Part shown: one piece after another, positions 55,247 through 64,000 of the stretch | Layout of the letters: each line of letters starts with the position of its first letter | How positions within the stretch are numbered: position 1 is the first letter of the stretch | Sequence record: NC_070966.1 | Length of the DNA: 64,000 bases | Direction: 5' to 3' (one strand) | Notes under the pieces: model-generated | Told to the model about the DNA's origin: nothing | Database searches by the model: none | Seen by the model: only the letters and a program-made list of their open reading frames with translations | Made by a program: the position numbers and the translations under genes

Positions 55247-55975
55247 ATGGCTCGTTGCTATGTAGGATGTAGTGGATTCTCGTATAATCATTGGAATGAT
55301 AACTTCTACCCTGCAGGAGTAGAGCGGTTTTCATTTTATACGAGTCAATTTGATTCATTAGAGATCAATAGTTCATTCTACAGATTACCTAGTGCAAGCG
55401 TATTCTACTCATGGTATCGACGATCACCTGCTCATATGACATTCACTGTGAAAGCTCCTCAGACGATTACTCATCGTAAGAAGCTAAAGGATGCTGACGA
55501 TATAGTTCAGAGATTCTATGAGAATACTCTTGAGCTAGGTGACAAGATGAAATGTGTCTTATGGCAGTTACCTCCTAATTTCTCCATAAGAATGTATGAT
55601 CGTGTCAAGAAATTCTGTGACAGTATTCATAACAGATTTCCTAATTCAGCATTCGAGTTCAGACATCCTTCATGGATGCAGACTCACGTACCTCAACTTC
55701 TATCTGCATACGACTTTGAGTTTGTACGTACAGATTTTCATAAATACGTAAATGTATCCATGGATGGATCCTCGTCTAAATTCCAGTACTATCGATTACA
55801 TGGACCTACAGGTCAGTATCACGGTCGCTACACTGATGAGTTTCTTGAGAATATAGCTGATCGTCTAACGGATGGATCATTCGTATTCTTCGATAATGAT
55901 AGTGGAGGTCAAGCTCCTAGGGATGCTAAAAGATTAATCAAAATTCTAGAGACAAGAAATGAAATTAAATTATAG
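55247..55975 (+). CDS. DUF72 (YecE-like) protein
   Basis: VGCSGFSY..W...FYP, EINSSFY, FTVKAPQ.ITH, LWQLPP, EFRH.SW, YYRLHG, FFDND. Confidence 0.92.
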   Translation: MARCYVGCSGFSYNHWNDNFYPAGVERFSFYTSQFDSLEINSSFYRLPSASVFYSWYRRSPAHMTFTVKAPQTITHRKKLKDADDIVQRFYENTLELGDKMKCVLWQLPPNFSIRMYDRVKKFCDSIHNRFPNSAFEFRHPSWMQTHVPQLLSAYDFEFVRTDFHKYVNVSMDGSSSKFQYYRLHGPTGQYHGRYTDEFLENIADRLTDGSFVFFDNDSGGQAPRDAKRLIKILETRNEIKL

Positions 55976-56504
55976 AGCATATGCAGGAATTGGATCAAGA
56001 AGTACTCCTCCACATATTCTTGAATTTATGAGAATTCTAGCATTCAAGCTTGGATCTCAAGAAGATCCGTGGACTGGTCGATCAGGTCACGCTGATGGTG
56101 CAGATGATGCATTCGAAGTAGGTATGGAACAAGCTAATGGACCTATGGAGATCTTTCTACCGTGGAGAGGTATGGCTAACAGTCGATGTAAGAGTGATTC
56201 TCCGTATTACGAAATCAAAACAATTGCTTACGATCTAGCTTCTAGGATTCACCCTAAATGGTACGGATTAACTCATGGAGCTAAGAAACTTCATGCTAGG
56301 AATACTTATCAAGTCTTAGGTTACGATCATCAGACTTGGAGTAAAGCTGTTGTATGCTATACTTCTGACGGTCTACCGATTGGAGGTACTCGTACAGCGA
56401 TTAAGATAGCAGAGATGCACGGTATTCCGGTTATCAATCTAGGTGATCCTGAGTGTAAATACGAAACTCCTGATCAAGTTGTGGAATATTTAAACTCTCT
56501 ATAG
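55959..56504 (+). CDS. SLOG-superfamily (DprA/Smf-like) protein
   Basis: YAGIGSR.TP, RSGHADGADDAFE, LHARN..QVLG, GGTRTAI. Confidence 0.75.
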   Translation: MKLNYRAYAGIGSRSTPPHILEFMRILAFKLGSQEDPWTGRSGHADGADDAFEVGMEQANGPMEIFLPWRGMANSRCKSDSPYYEIKTIAYDLASRIHPKWYGLTHGAKKLHARNTYQVLGYDHQTWSKAVVCYTSDGLPIGGTRTAIKIAEMHGIPVINLGDPECKYETPDQVVEYLNSL

Positions 56505-56505
56505 A

Positions 56506-56532
56506 GCGAATCTAGCGTGGGAAAGCCTTCCT
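56506..56532 (+). promoter_or_regulatory. Motif class A GCGAA-N13-AGCCTTCCT
   Basis: Exact consensus, intergenic. Confidence 0.75.
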
Positions 56533-56560
56533 TCTTATTGTAGAATGGAGTGCAGATTCA

Positions 56561-57469
56561 TTGAGAGAATTCTATATTAAGGAATTCTTGAAGCTGAATG
56601 AGACTGTAGACTTGAGATATCTTAATAAGTATCTAGACGTTTGTTTAGGTACTTATGACAAAGACGTTAAATGTGAATATCATCACGTGCTACCTCGATC
56701 AATCTTCGTCGAACACAAGGAGAATCCTAAGTTCGTAGTAAGGATATCGTTAAAAGCTCATTATCTAGCTCATAGAATTTTAACTAAAGCCATACCTAAT
56801 AATGTTCAGATGAAACATGCACATTATTTTATGTCTCATACTGAAAGATATAAAGGATTTGTGACTAGCAGAGTTTATGAGGTACTTAGAGAATTTCATT
56901 ATCAGAAGAACTTAGGTAATAAGTATAATCTAGGTAAGAAGAACTCAGACGAGACTAAACGTAAACGTACTGTTAGCTGGAAGAAATCTGTAGAAGCTAA
57001 TCCTGAAGGCATGAATAAATTCTTAGAAAGAAATTTCGGAAATAAACATGCTCAAGGATGTAAGTGGATGCATAATCCTACTACAGATGAAACATCTTTA
57101 ATACCATCTGATAAAATCCAGTCGAGACTATCTGAAGGATGGATATATGGTCGTAAATCCATAGTTGGACGTAGATGGAAAATGTCAGATCAAGGTAGAA
57201 GAAATGTGTCGGAGTCCAAGAAAGGATCTACTCAGTCTGATTCTACTCGTCAAAAGAGATCTGAAGCTCTAAAAGGGAATAAAAATTCTCTTGGTTATAA
57301 ACATTCGTCTGAAACTTCTAGAAAATTATCTGATAAATTAAAAGGTAATAGTCGTACAAAAGGTTACAGATGGATGAGTTGTAATAATGTAAATAAACTT
57401 GTAGCTCCTGATGAATTTAATCAATTGAGTTTATCAGGATGGAAATTCGGAAAATCTAAGGTATCATAG
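56561..57469 (+). CDS. HNH homing endonuclease with NUMOD3-type repeats
   Basis: EYHHVLPRS, HYLAHRIL, repeated S.ET.RK.S...KGN. Confidence 0.85.
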   Translation: MREFYIKEFLKLNETVDLRYLNKYLDVCLGTYDKDVKCEYHHVLPRSIFVEHKENPKFVVRISLKAHYLAHRILTKAIPNNVQMKHAHYFMSHTERYKGFVTSRVYEVLREFHYQKNLGNKYNLGKKNSDETKRKRTVSWKKSVEANPEGMNKFLERNFGNKHAQGCKWMHNPTTDETSLIPSDKIQSRLSEGWIYGRKSIVGRRWKMSDQGRRNVSESKKGSTQSDSTRQKRSEALKGNKNSLGYKHSSETSRKLSDKLKGNSRTKGYRWMSCNNVNKLVAPDEFNQLSLSGWKFGKSKVS

Positions 57470-58372
57470 ATGTTTAACCTCAAAATTGATAATCCAAACT
57501 TGCACAGTATTCTTGAATCTCTGAGTGGGAAAAATATTGATTATTTTCACAATAATGGGAATTCAGGAGATTCAATAATATCGGTTGCAGCATATCAAAC
57601 ATTTGATAAGTTTGATATTAAAGTTTCGGCTTACAATAAACCTCGTGCTCATAAACAAACTAGTGACACACTCTTCATAGCCGGAGGGGGAAATCTTGTA
57701 TCATATTACCCTGACTGTGAACGAGCTATCAAAGAGGGTATGAAGAAGTACGATAAAATTATTGTCCTTCCTCACTCTATCCGAGGTAAAGAAGAACTTC
57801 TCAAGAAGATGGATAAAAGGTTCACAGTCTTTACTCGTGAAGTTCCATCTCATGAATACGTTAAGTCGATGGTCAGATCGGACGTAACTGTTCATCTTGA
57901 ACATGATATGGCTTTCTTCATGGATGTAAAAGCTATCTTTGAAGATCCTACGATCAATGAGAAAGCTAATAAATTCTACATTAATAAACTTCGATCAATC
58001 GGTCGAGGTCCTGAAGATGTTATTGGCAAGGATAATTACTGTTTCCGTGAAGACGTCGAAGCAGTTGTAGAGGTTAAGTCTTCTCAGAATGTCGATATCT
58101 CTCATCTGTTCGAAAGAGGATTGGATCGTACGAACTCTTTCATCGCTGCTAATGCATTTCTAAAGTACATTGATGCTTCAAAGTCAATTACTACAAGTCG
58201 TCTTCATACAGGCATTGGTGCAGCTATGTGCGGTACTCCTGCTACGGTATTTGATAATTCATATGGCAAGATTTCTAGTATCTACGAATTCTCAATGAAG
58301 GATCGTGGATACAACTTCCGTGTAGGTCTCATTGATGAAATGAGATCAATTATCGAACGAATTGAGGACTGA
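57470..58372 (+). CDS. Polysaccharide pyruvyl transferase family protein
   Basis: GNSGDSII, GGGNL, LPHSI, RE..S, HDMAF, TSRLH..I.A...G, NSYGK. Confidence 0.85.
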   Translation: MFNLKIDNPNLHSILESLSGKNIDYFHNNGNSGDSIISVAAYQTFDKFDIKVSAYNKPRAHKQTSDTLFIAGGGNLVSYYPDCERAIKEGMKKYDKIIVLPHSIRGKEELLKKMDKRFTVFTREVPSHEYVKSMVRSDVTVHLEHDMAFFMDVKAIFEDPTINEKANKFYINKLRSIGRGPEDVIGKDNYCFREDVEAVVEVKSSQNVDISHLFERGLDRTNSFIAANAFLKYIDASKSITTSRLHTGIGAAMCGTPATVFDNSYGKISSIYEFSMKDRGYNFRVGLIDEMRSIIERIED

Positions 58373-58963
58373 ATGAACATCTTCATCTTGGATCCAGATC
58401 CGATCAAGTCTGCTAGATCATACGTCGCGAGTCATCAGAAGATTATTCTGGAGGCTACTCAGATGTTATGCACTAACGTAAGACTAACAAATGGTAAGCT
58501 TAGAGTCCCTATTCATCCATTTACAGGTCGTAAGAGAAAATTCTGGGTCCTCGATGGAGAGGAGTTAATGTACAAGGAGAATCCTGAGAATCCTTCTAAG
58601 GGATTCTTCTGGATCAAGTCTTCTAACAAGATTTATGGTGCATGTCATGCTAATCATCCTTGGACTGTATGGGGTCGTAAGTCTAGGGAGAATTTCGTAT
58701 GGATGCAAAACTTTGTTGAGATACTTAACAATGAATTTATGAGTCGAGGATATAGATCCCATGGATCAGCCTCTATAGCTAAGTCTCTAATCGTACCTGA
58801 TTTACCTGAGACTGGACTGACTCCGATGCCTCACTGCGTTGATCCTGGATCTAAATCGGATGACGTAGTTGAAAGCTATAGAAATTATTATCGTAGAAGC
58901 AAGAAGCACTTACATGTATGGAAATCCGTTCCTATACCTGATTGGATAAATAATGAAGAATAG
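58373..58963 (+). CDS. Pyrimidine-dimer DNA glycosylase-like phage protein
   Basis: MNIFILD.DP..SA, KIILEATQML, H.NHPWTVW, SYRNYY. Confidence 0.7.
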   Translation: MNIFILDPDPIKSARSYVASHQKIILEATQMLCTNVRLTNGKLRVPIHPFTGRKRKFWVLDGEELMYKENPENPSKGFFWIKSSNKIYGACHANHPWTVWGRKSRENFVWMQNFVEILNNEFMSRGYRSHGSASIAKSLIVPDLPETGLTPMPHCVDPGSKSDDVVESYRNYYRRSKKHLHVWKSVPIPDWINNEE

Positions 58964-59111
58964 ATATCTAATGTTAGAATCTAGTAAGAAAAACAAGAAT
59001 AAGGTTAAGTCTAAGCTTCTCGAATCTGTTACAGAGAAGACTGTGAAGAAGGAAGATAATCCTAATTCTAATCGTGCTCTGAAATTGCTGAGTTTAACTA
59101 ACGGTAAATAA
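58953..59111 (+). CDS. Small basic hypothetical protein (52 aa)
   Basis: Fills the gap between flanking genes; MKNRYLMLESS...KLLES. Confidence 0.55.
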   Translation: MKNRYLMLESSKKNKNKVKSKLLESVTEKTVKKEDNPNSNRALKLLSLTNGK

Positions 59112-59112
59112 T

Positions 59113-59430
59113 ATGACCGAATCTGATATTTTCTCTAAGTTTAGACAAGGTCGTAACGATATTGATCGTGATGCCTGCTTGCATATGTTGCTGGCTAATT
59201 GCTGGAATCGTAATTCTTTGGTTTCAGTAGAATTTCCTGTAAGACCTAATATTAATTTATGTGTTGATTTTGTGATTTCTCCGTCTCTACGATCGATTGA
59301 TGTTAAGAGGAAAGAATACAAGTCATTCATAGGTGGTAATGAAACATTATCTACCAGTCTCGATCTAGCTAAAGATGCTCTCGAGAAATTGGAAGAAGTG
59401 TTCTACGCATCGATGTTTGGAGCCCACTAA
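59113..59430 (+). CDS. Hypothetical protein, possible PD-(D/E)xK nuclease
   Basis: VEFPV...VDFVI...IDVK. Confidence 0.6.
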   Translation: MTESDIFSKFRQGRNDIDRDACLHMLLANCWNRNSLVSVEFPVRPNINLCVDFVISPSLRSIDVKRKEYKSFIGGNETLSTSLDLAKDALEKLEEVFYASMFGAH

Positions 59431-59432
59431 AT

Positions 59433-62400
59433 ATGTCAATTAATTCCAGAGACTACGCTCCGTTATTATCTTATGCTAAGATGCTAACGTCAAGACTGTC
59501 TACTATTCCAGACGTCACGATGATTGGTAACTTTGCTAAGACTCCTCCTAATCTTAATGTCTTTCAAATTAAGCCTACTCTGATCCGATTCGGTACTGAT
59601 CTTCTCATTCAAGGTGACAAGTCAGATATCGTACTCGGATCTAATTATCTTGCTGCTCATCCTAAGGATGAATACGAAATCCTCGAATATGAGGATCCTA
59701 GCATCGCTGCACGTCGATTCGAGAGTACATGGGGTATGACTCTTGAAGAGTATGATGACCATGTTAAAGTTCTGAATACGCAAGTAGCTACTGTCAATAA
59801 CGAAAGTTATGTCCTAGATGAGGAGACGAAAGCTAAGATGTCAGATGCATCAGACTTTCTCACACGATGGATTAGAATGTTCAGTTCTAAGACCAACAAA
59901 GCACCACTGCTAGTTGGTCATTCAGGTATCTCGAAATCTGCATTCGTTAAGGAAGTTATATCTCGTCTAGATGCTCAGTCGACTGAATGGGGATATCGCC
60001 TCGTTGACATTCGTGCTGCTTATCTTGATAAGACTGACCTCATGGGTTACATCTCTGTCGAGAGTTTCAAGGGTAATGATGTATGGACTGACTCTCCTAA
60101 GATTGAATTCTTGACATCTACATCTGAGTTCATCAAGGAGTGCCGTAAGTTCGTTACGACTACTCCTCGTGATGATGACAACGGTGAGATGTGGGATATC
60201 GTCAAGGAATATTCCAAGACACCTGTCCTCTTCTTCGATGAAATCAATCGTGCACCTGCTTATATTCAAGCTCAGGTCATGATCATCATCAACCAGCATC
60301 GTCTGAACGACTACTCGCTGGATCTCGCTCCTAAGATCGCTGCTGCTAACGTACCGATTGATATGGAAGATCTTGATGATACGCAGAAAGAACTGATCAA
60401 GTACGTTCTGCAGGATGAGATCACCGATAAGGCAATCATTGACCGATTCATTCCTATAGAAATCAAAGGTAAGGATAAATCTGTTATTGATGCTACGTAT
60501 TCATATCTCACCAGAAGATATGCTACGAGTGGTGCCAGTATGGACCTTCTTGAGTCTGTCTACAAGAAGGGTAAACCTCTTCATGACATCACGACAATCG
60601 ATAAGTATGGTAAGTTCAGATCACACCGTGGTCTAGAATTTGTATGTACGTACCTGTCAGGTTGTGAAGGCGCTAAAGAGAAACCTATGCTATCAGTGAT
60701 CAAGTCACTGATTGGTGAGAATGCTACGGATGATTATGTAAGTTATCTTGCTGAGAAATTCAAGACGACTAAAGAAAATCTCTCTAAGAAGATCTTTGAT
60801 CTGAATGAGTCAACTTCCAAGTTTACAGCTCATTGCATCAAGTTCAATATTCCTACGATGCTACTAGGTCGTATGGGTATTGGTAAGACTGCTAAGATCA
60901 ATGCTGCTACGAAAGAATTGGATGCTGATGTTATCAACATCGATCTTTCCTCGAGAGATCGTACTGATATCAGTGGATTCCCGAGTCAGTATTCCTTTGC
61001 TCAGTATATCTTCAGCAAGGGTGGTCAGAATGATGATCTAACAACATCCTCCGCATTCAGACAATTTGAAGCTCAACTAGTTAACAATCCTAATGTTCCT
61101 AAGAAGACAACTGGATTCGTAGGTAGTGGTACTCTTACTCGTCGTCTGGATGAAGCTAGAGCATCTGGTAAGAAACTAGTTATTGTATTCGATGAGATCA
61201 ATCGTGCATCTCCTATCGTCCAGTCAGCCGTCTTTGAAGCAATCTCTGATAAGCGATTCATGGGTGTATCTCTAGAAGGTATCGACTACTCTGTCGTATC
61301 TGCTGGTAATTGGGAAGATCCTAACGAGTCTTCAGGTAACTATCAGGTTACACCTCTTGATACTGCTACTCTTCACCGATTTGCATCTCGAGTCATCGAT
61401 AAGATGACAGAAGACGATATCGGAGAAATGAGAGACTTCATCAAGACAACGTATCCGAATACTTACTCTGCTCTCAATATGGGTCAGATGAGTAACAACG
61501 ATATCGTTCAACTCCTGAATACTTCTTCAGATGAAGATGATAACGCTGAGCCAGGTACTGAATGGGCTAGACCCTCATTCTCGATGCGTACATTCCAGTC
61601 TCTGAACGAGATCCTGGATATGTATAAGTTCGTCTGGACTCAAGAGATGACGGTAGATGAATCGGACGATATCGTCAAGGTACTCGAATCACCTAACTAC
61701 ATTCTCCGTGATCGTGCAGGTGAAGAAGTTACTCTGAGAACATCAGGTATAAAGAAGTACTTCCCGAGTCTAGTAGTTGAAGACTTTATCGCTAAAGCTG
61801 CTCAGATGCTGGGTGACGATAATGTTTCAGTCCTCGATAAAAGTATGATTCTTGCAGAGCTTCAATACAATGAAGTCACTGCATATCAGTCACTTGAGAA
61901 GGCTGTCCGAGGAGTCATTCCTGGATCAATGCTTAAGCATATGGGATCAGGTCTTCGTGTATACTATACGGATCTGAGTAAGGCTTCAGTAGGTGCTGTT
62001 GATCTTGATCAATTAGTTATGGAACTCTCGGATAATGAAATCCGTAAGGTTCTAAACAAGATGATCTCAAGATCTGAGGCTTCGAAGACTAATGACGTTA
62101 TCAAGAGTGCTATCATTGCTCTTGGTCAGGCTAATGAGATCTCTGTCGATTATATTAACAAGATTCTCAGTCTGTACAAGTCAGTAGTTCCAACATCTAC
62201 GATCAGTCTTGTTGATATCTTGAATCAGATTCCAGACGAGAATATCGTAAGTGGAGGGTCTGAGATTGTATTCAACTTCATAGATCTTGCTGCATTCCCT
62301 GAACGTGATGTCATCTTACAGTCAGGTTCTGTCTCAGTAGGTACACCAGTTTCGACTAATCCTACTGATTATAAGTTCCTAGGCTACTTGAAGGTTCCAC

Positions 62401-62957
62401 TTGAATTTGGGTCTGTTAATCTTGGATCTAAATATGAAAAGGATCAGAGACTTTACATTCGAAATATCATTCCTAACTGCTTCAGAATCATCTGTAATGC
62501 TGATGCATTACAAGCGTACTATCGTTATGAGTTTACGATTTCTGATGCATTCTGGAAGATCGACACTATCAAACCTTCGACTAAACGATTTGAATACAAT
62601 GTCGAATACGTAGCGAAGATTAAAGGTGTCAGCTTCAGAATGAAGATTGATAATATTCGTCATCCTGTAGCTCATAAGGATGGTGATCTGACTAAGCCTC
62701 TGACTAAGGATACAATTATCCAACGTGATACGACAGTCTTGTCAGGTATGCTGGCTACACAAGCAGTAGTATCTGACTCTTCTGTTAGTAACTTGACTAA
62801 GAATCTATCAGACGTTCTGACGGATGATGATATCACAATCATCAAAAGTACAGTGATGAAGAAGAAGGCAGATACTGCCAAGATGTCACTCACTAATGAC
62901 TATATGCAACTCATCCTTGTCGGATGGCGTAAAGTCGAGCCTAAGTTCTCATTCTAA
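59433..62957 (+). CDS. Tandem AAA+ ATPase (two MoxR-like modules)
   Basis: GHSGISKS / FFDEINRA and GRMGIGKT / VFDEINRA. Confidence 0.85.
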   Translation: MSINSRDYAPLLSYAKMLTSRLSTIPDVTMIGNFAKTPPNLNVFQIKPTLIRFGTDLLIQGDKSDIVLGSNYLAAHPKDEYEILEYEDPSIAARRFESTWGMTLEEYDDHVKVLNTQVATVNNESYVLDEETKAKMSDASDFLTRWIRMFSSKTNKAPLLVGHSGISKSAFVKEVISRLDAQSTEWGYRLVDIRAAYLDKTDLMGYISVESFKGNDVWTDSPKIEFLTSTSEFIKECRKFVTTTPRDDDNGEMWDIVKEYSKTPVLFFDEINRAPAYIQAQVMIIINQHRLNDYSLDLAPKIAAANVPIDMEDLDDTQKELIKYVLQDEITDKAIIDRFIPIEIKGKDKSVIDATYSYLTRRYATSGASMDLLESVYKKGKPLHDITTIDKYGKFRSHRGLEFVCTYLSGCEGAKEKPMLSVIKSLIGENATDDYVSYLAEKFKTTKENLSKKIFDLNESTSKFTAHCIKFNIPTMLLGRMGIGKTAKINAATKELDADVINIDLSSRDRTDISGFPSQYSFAQYIFSKGGQNDDLTTSSAFRQFEAQLVNNPNVPKKTTGFVGSGTLTRRLDEARASGKKLVIVFDEINRASPIVQSAVFEAISDKRFMGVSLEGIDYSVVSAGNWEDPNESSGNYQVTPLDTATLHRFASRVIDKMTEDDIGEMRDFIKTTYPNTYSALNMGQMSNNDIVQLLNTSSDEDDNAEPGTEWARPSFSMRTFQSLNEILDMYKFVWTQEMTVDESDDIVKVLESPNYILRDRAGEEVTLRTSGIKKYFPSLVVEDFIAKAAQMLGDDNVSVLDKSMILAELQYNEVTAYQSLEKAVRGVIPGSMLKHMGSGLRVYYTDLSKASVGAVDLDQLVMELSDNEIRKVLNKMISRSEASKTNDVIKSAIIALGQANEISVDYINKILSLYKSVVPTSTISLVDILNQIPDENIVSGGSEIVFNFIDLAAFPERDVILQSGSVSVGTPVSTNPTDYKFLGYLKVPLEFGSVNLGSKYEKDQRLYIRNIIPNCFRIICNADALQAYYRYEFTISDAFWKIDTIKPSTKRFEYNVEYVAKIKGVSFRMKIDNIRHPVAHKDGDLTKPLTKDTIIQRDTTVLSGMLATQAVVSDSSVSNLTKNLSDVLTDDDITIIKSTVMKKKADTAKMSLTNDYMQLILVGWRKVEPKFSF

Positions 62958-62966
62958 GGTGCAACC

Positions 62967-63668
62967 ATGCTTGTTTATTCTTACATCTTATACGGATGGG
63001 CACAATCCACTATCACAGGTGGAGATGGCAGTAGTGCTAAGCGTCTGACTCTGATCAGAAAGCTTAATCAGGAGTTCAATCTGCTACCCGACTCTCTCAG
63101 AGGGAAGGGTGGCAAGAATGACTTTGATACAGCTAGAGCATTGACGACATATCTATGTCAAATGTTGAAGGTACCTCCTATCAAGTTTCCTGATCCTGCT
63201 AGTTCTATCAAGTCTATGGATCAGGCTGTACTTGTTTCTGATAAACTCAGTATCGATGTCATCAACAAAGGTAGTCCTGTCTACTTTACGATGAGTAAAG
63301 TAATGCAGACGATTCAGAGTTCAGGTACAGATGCTCACAGAGCATATTTCTTGTCAGCTATCATCAATATGATGTTGGCAGGTAGTAGAATGTTCTTCAC
63401 ACTTGCAGCATCTCAAGGTAGTTATAACTACGATGAGTCGACTGCAATAACATCGTATATCAATCGATTTACGAAGATGAAGATCAGTACTTTTGGTAAG
63501 TCAATGACGTTCATGGAATTGAATTTCACTTCTATGACTGAACAGTTCAATAACTGCTACAGAGCTCTTGTCAGAGACTATCCGAATCTTCAAATAAGCG
63601 ATCCTAATGCGTTGATTGCATCAATTCGTCAGAATATCATTCTGTACCGTATGCAGGAGATCAAATGA
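62967..63668 (+). CDS. Hypothetical protein
   Basis: 233-aa ORF. Confidence 0.8.
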   Translation: MLVYSYILYGWAQSTITGGDGSSAKRLTLIRKLNQEFNLLPDSLRGKGGKNDFDTARALTTYLCQMLKVPPIKFPDPASSIKSMDQAVLVSDKLSIDVINKGSPVYFTMSKVMQTIQSSGTDAHRAYFLSAIINMMLAGSRMFFTLAASQGSYNYDESTAITSYINRFTKMKISTFGKSMTFMELNFTSMTEQFNNCYRALVRDYPNLQISDPNALIASIRQNIILYRMQEIK

Positions 63669-64000
63669 CTGAAACTATTTCATTGAATGAAGTAGATCAC
63701 TGGGTCGAGACTAATCTTGAGGTCGAGAGCATCGTTGATGCTCTCGGTCTTAGATACAAAGAGCCTGTTGAGAAGGACTATGGATACAGCTCAAAAGTTG
63801 AATTCACAGTAAATATCTCTCTGAACTCTGAAGGTCAAGATCTCATGATCATTGACGGTGGGTATTCATACAATAAACTCAAAATCCATGATCTACCTGA
63901 CAATGCTCCTGTTCAACTACAAGGTGCTACGAGAGCAGTATCAACAGATACTGACTTCAGACTGAAGACTCAGATTCCTATCCAGAATTATATTGAAGGA
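63665..64000 (+). CDS. Hypothetical protein (partial, runs off window end)
   Basis: AGGAG RBS, ATGA overlap with the previous stop; frame open to the window end. Confidence 0.7.
   Translation, partial: MTETISLNEVDHWVETNLEVESIVDALGLRYKEPVEKDYGYSSKVEFTVNISLNSEGQDLMIIDGGYSYNKLKIHDLPDNAPVQLQGATRAVSTDTDFRLKTQIPIQNYIEG

Noticed and set aside
522-62893. All minus-strand ORFs in the track, including long ones such as 41768..42931 and 31709..32323
   Set aside because: Each lies antisense to a well-supported plus-strand gene, and none shows family motifs or an RBS.
1-64000. tRNA genes, CRISPR arrays, alternative genetic code
   Set aside because: No cloverleaf-sized gaps with T-loop consensus or spaced direct repeats were noticed. 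TAA, TGA and TAG all end genes cleanly, with no fragmented conserved genes.

Overview
A 64-kb segment of a large (jumbo-type) dsDNA bacteriophage genome, roughly 40% GC by eye. About 105 tightly packed CDS all lie on the + strand, with frequent ATGA/TAATG overlaps and standard genetic code. It covers the replication, nucleotide-metabolism and accessory region: DnaB-like and two SF2 helicases, RusA, 5'-3' and 3'-5' exonucleases, a single-chain Mre11-Rad50 (SbcD-SbcC) fusion, type IIA topoisomerase A and B subunits, NrdB/NrdA, dUTPase, a ThyX variant, Nudix, a TelA-vWA-TerC-TerD operon, PAAR, TraR, a ParM-like actin, a tandem AAA+ protein and three free-standing homing endonucleases. No DNA polymerase, primase, capsid or terminase gene, tRNA or CRISPR array was recognised. 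The HNH, lytic transglycosylase and DnaQ-like genes look alphaproteobacterial, which suggests a rhizobial-type host (inference). Top leads: (1) a bipartite intergenic motif RCGAA-N13-ARCCTTCY found 9 times exactly plus 5 partial copies, probably a phage-specific promoter; (2) a possible undescribed DNA base-modification/glycosylation pathway (ThyX with altered catalytic motif, flavoprotein, HAD-pyrophosphohydrolase fusion, epimerase plus two glycosyltransferases, pyruvyl transferase); (3) twin AT-rich inverted-repeat islands, one directly after an origin-binding-helicase-like gene; (4) a phage actin; (5) a stand-alone EF-Ts N-terminal-like protein. All family assignments come from motif recognition by eye, not database searches.
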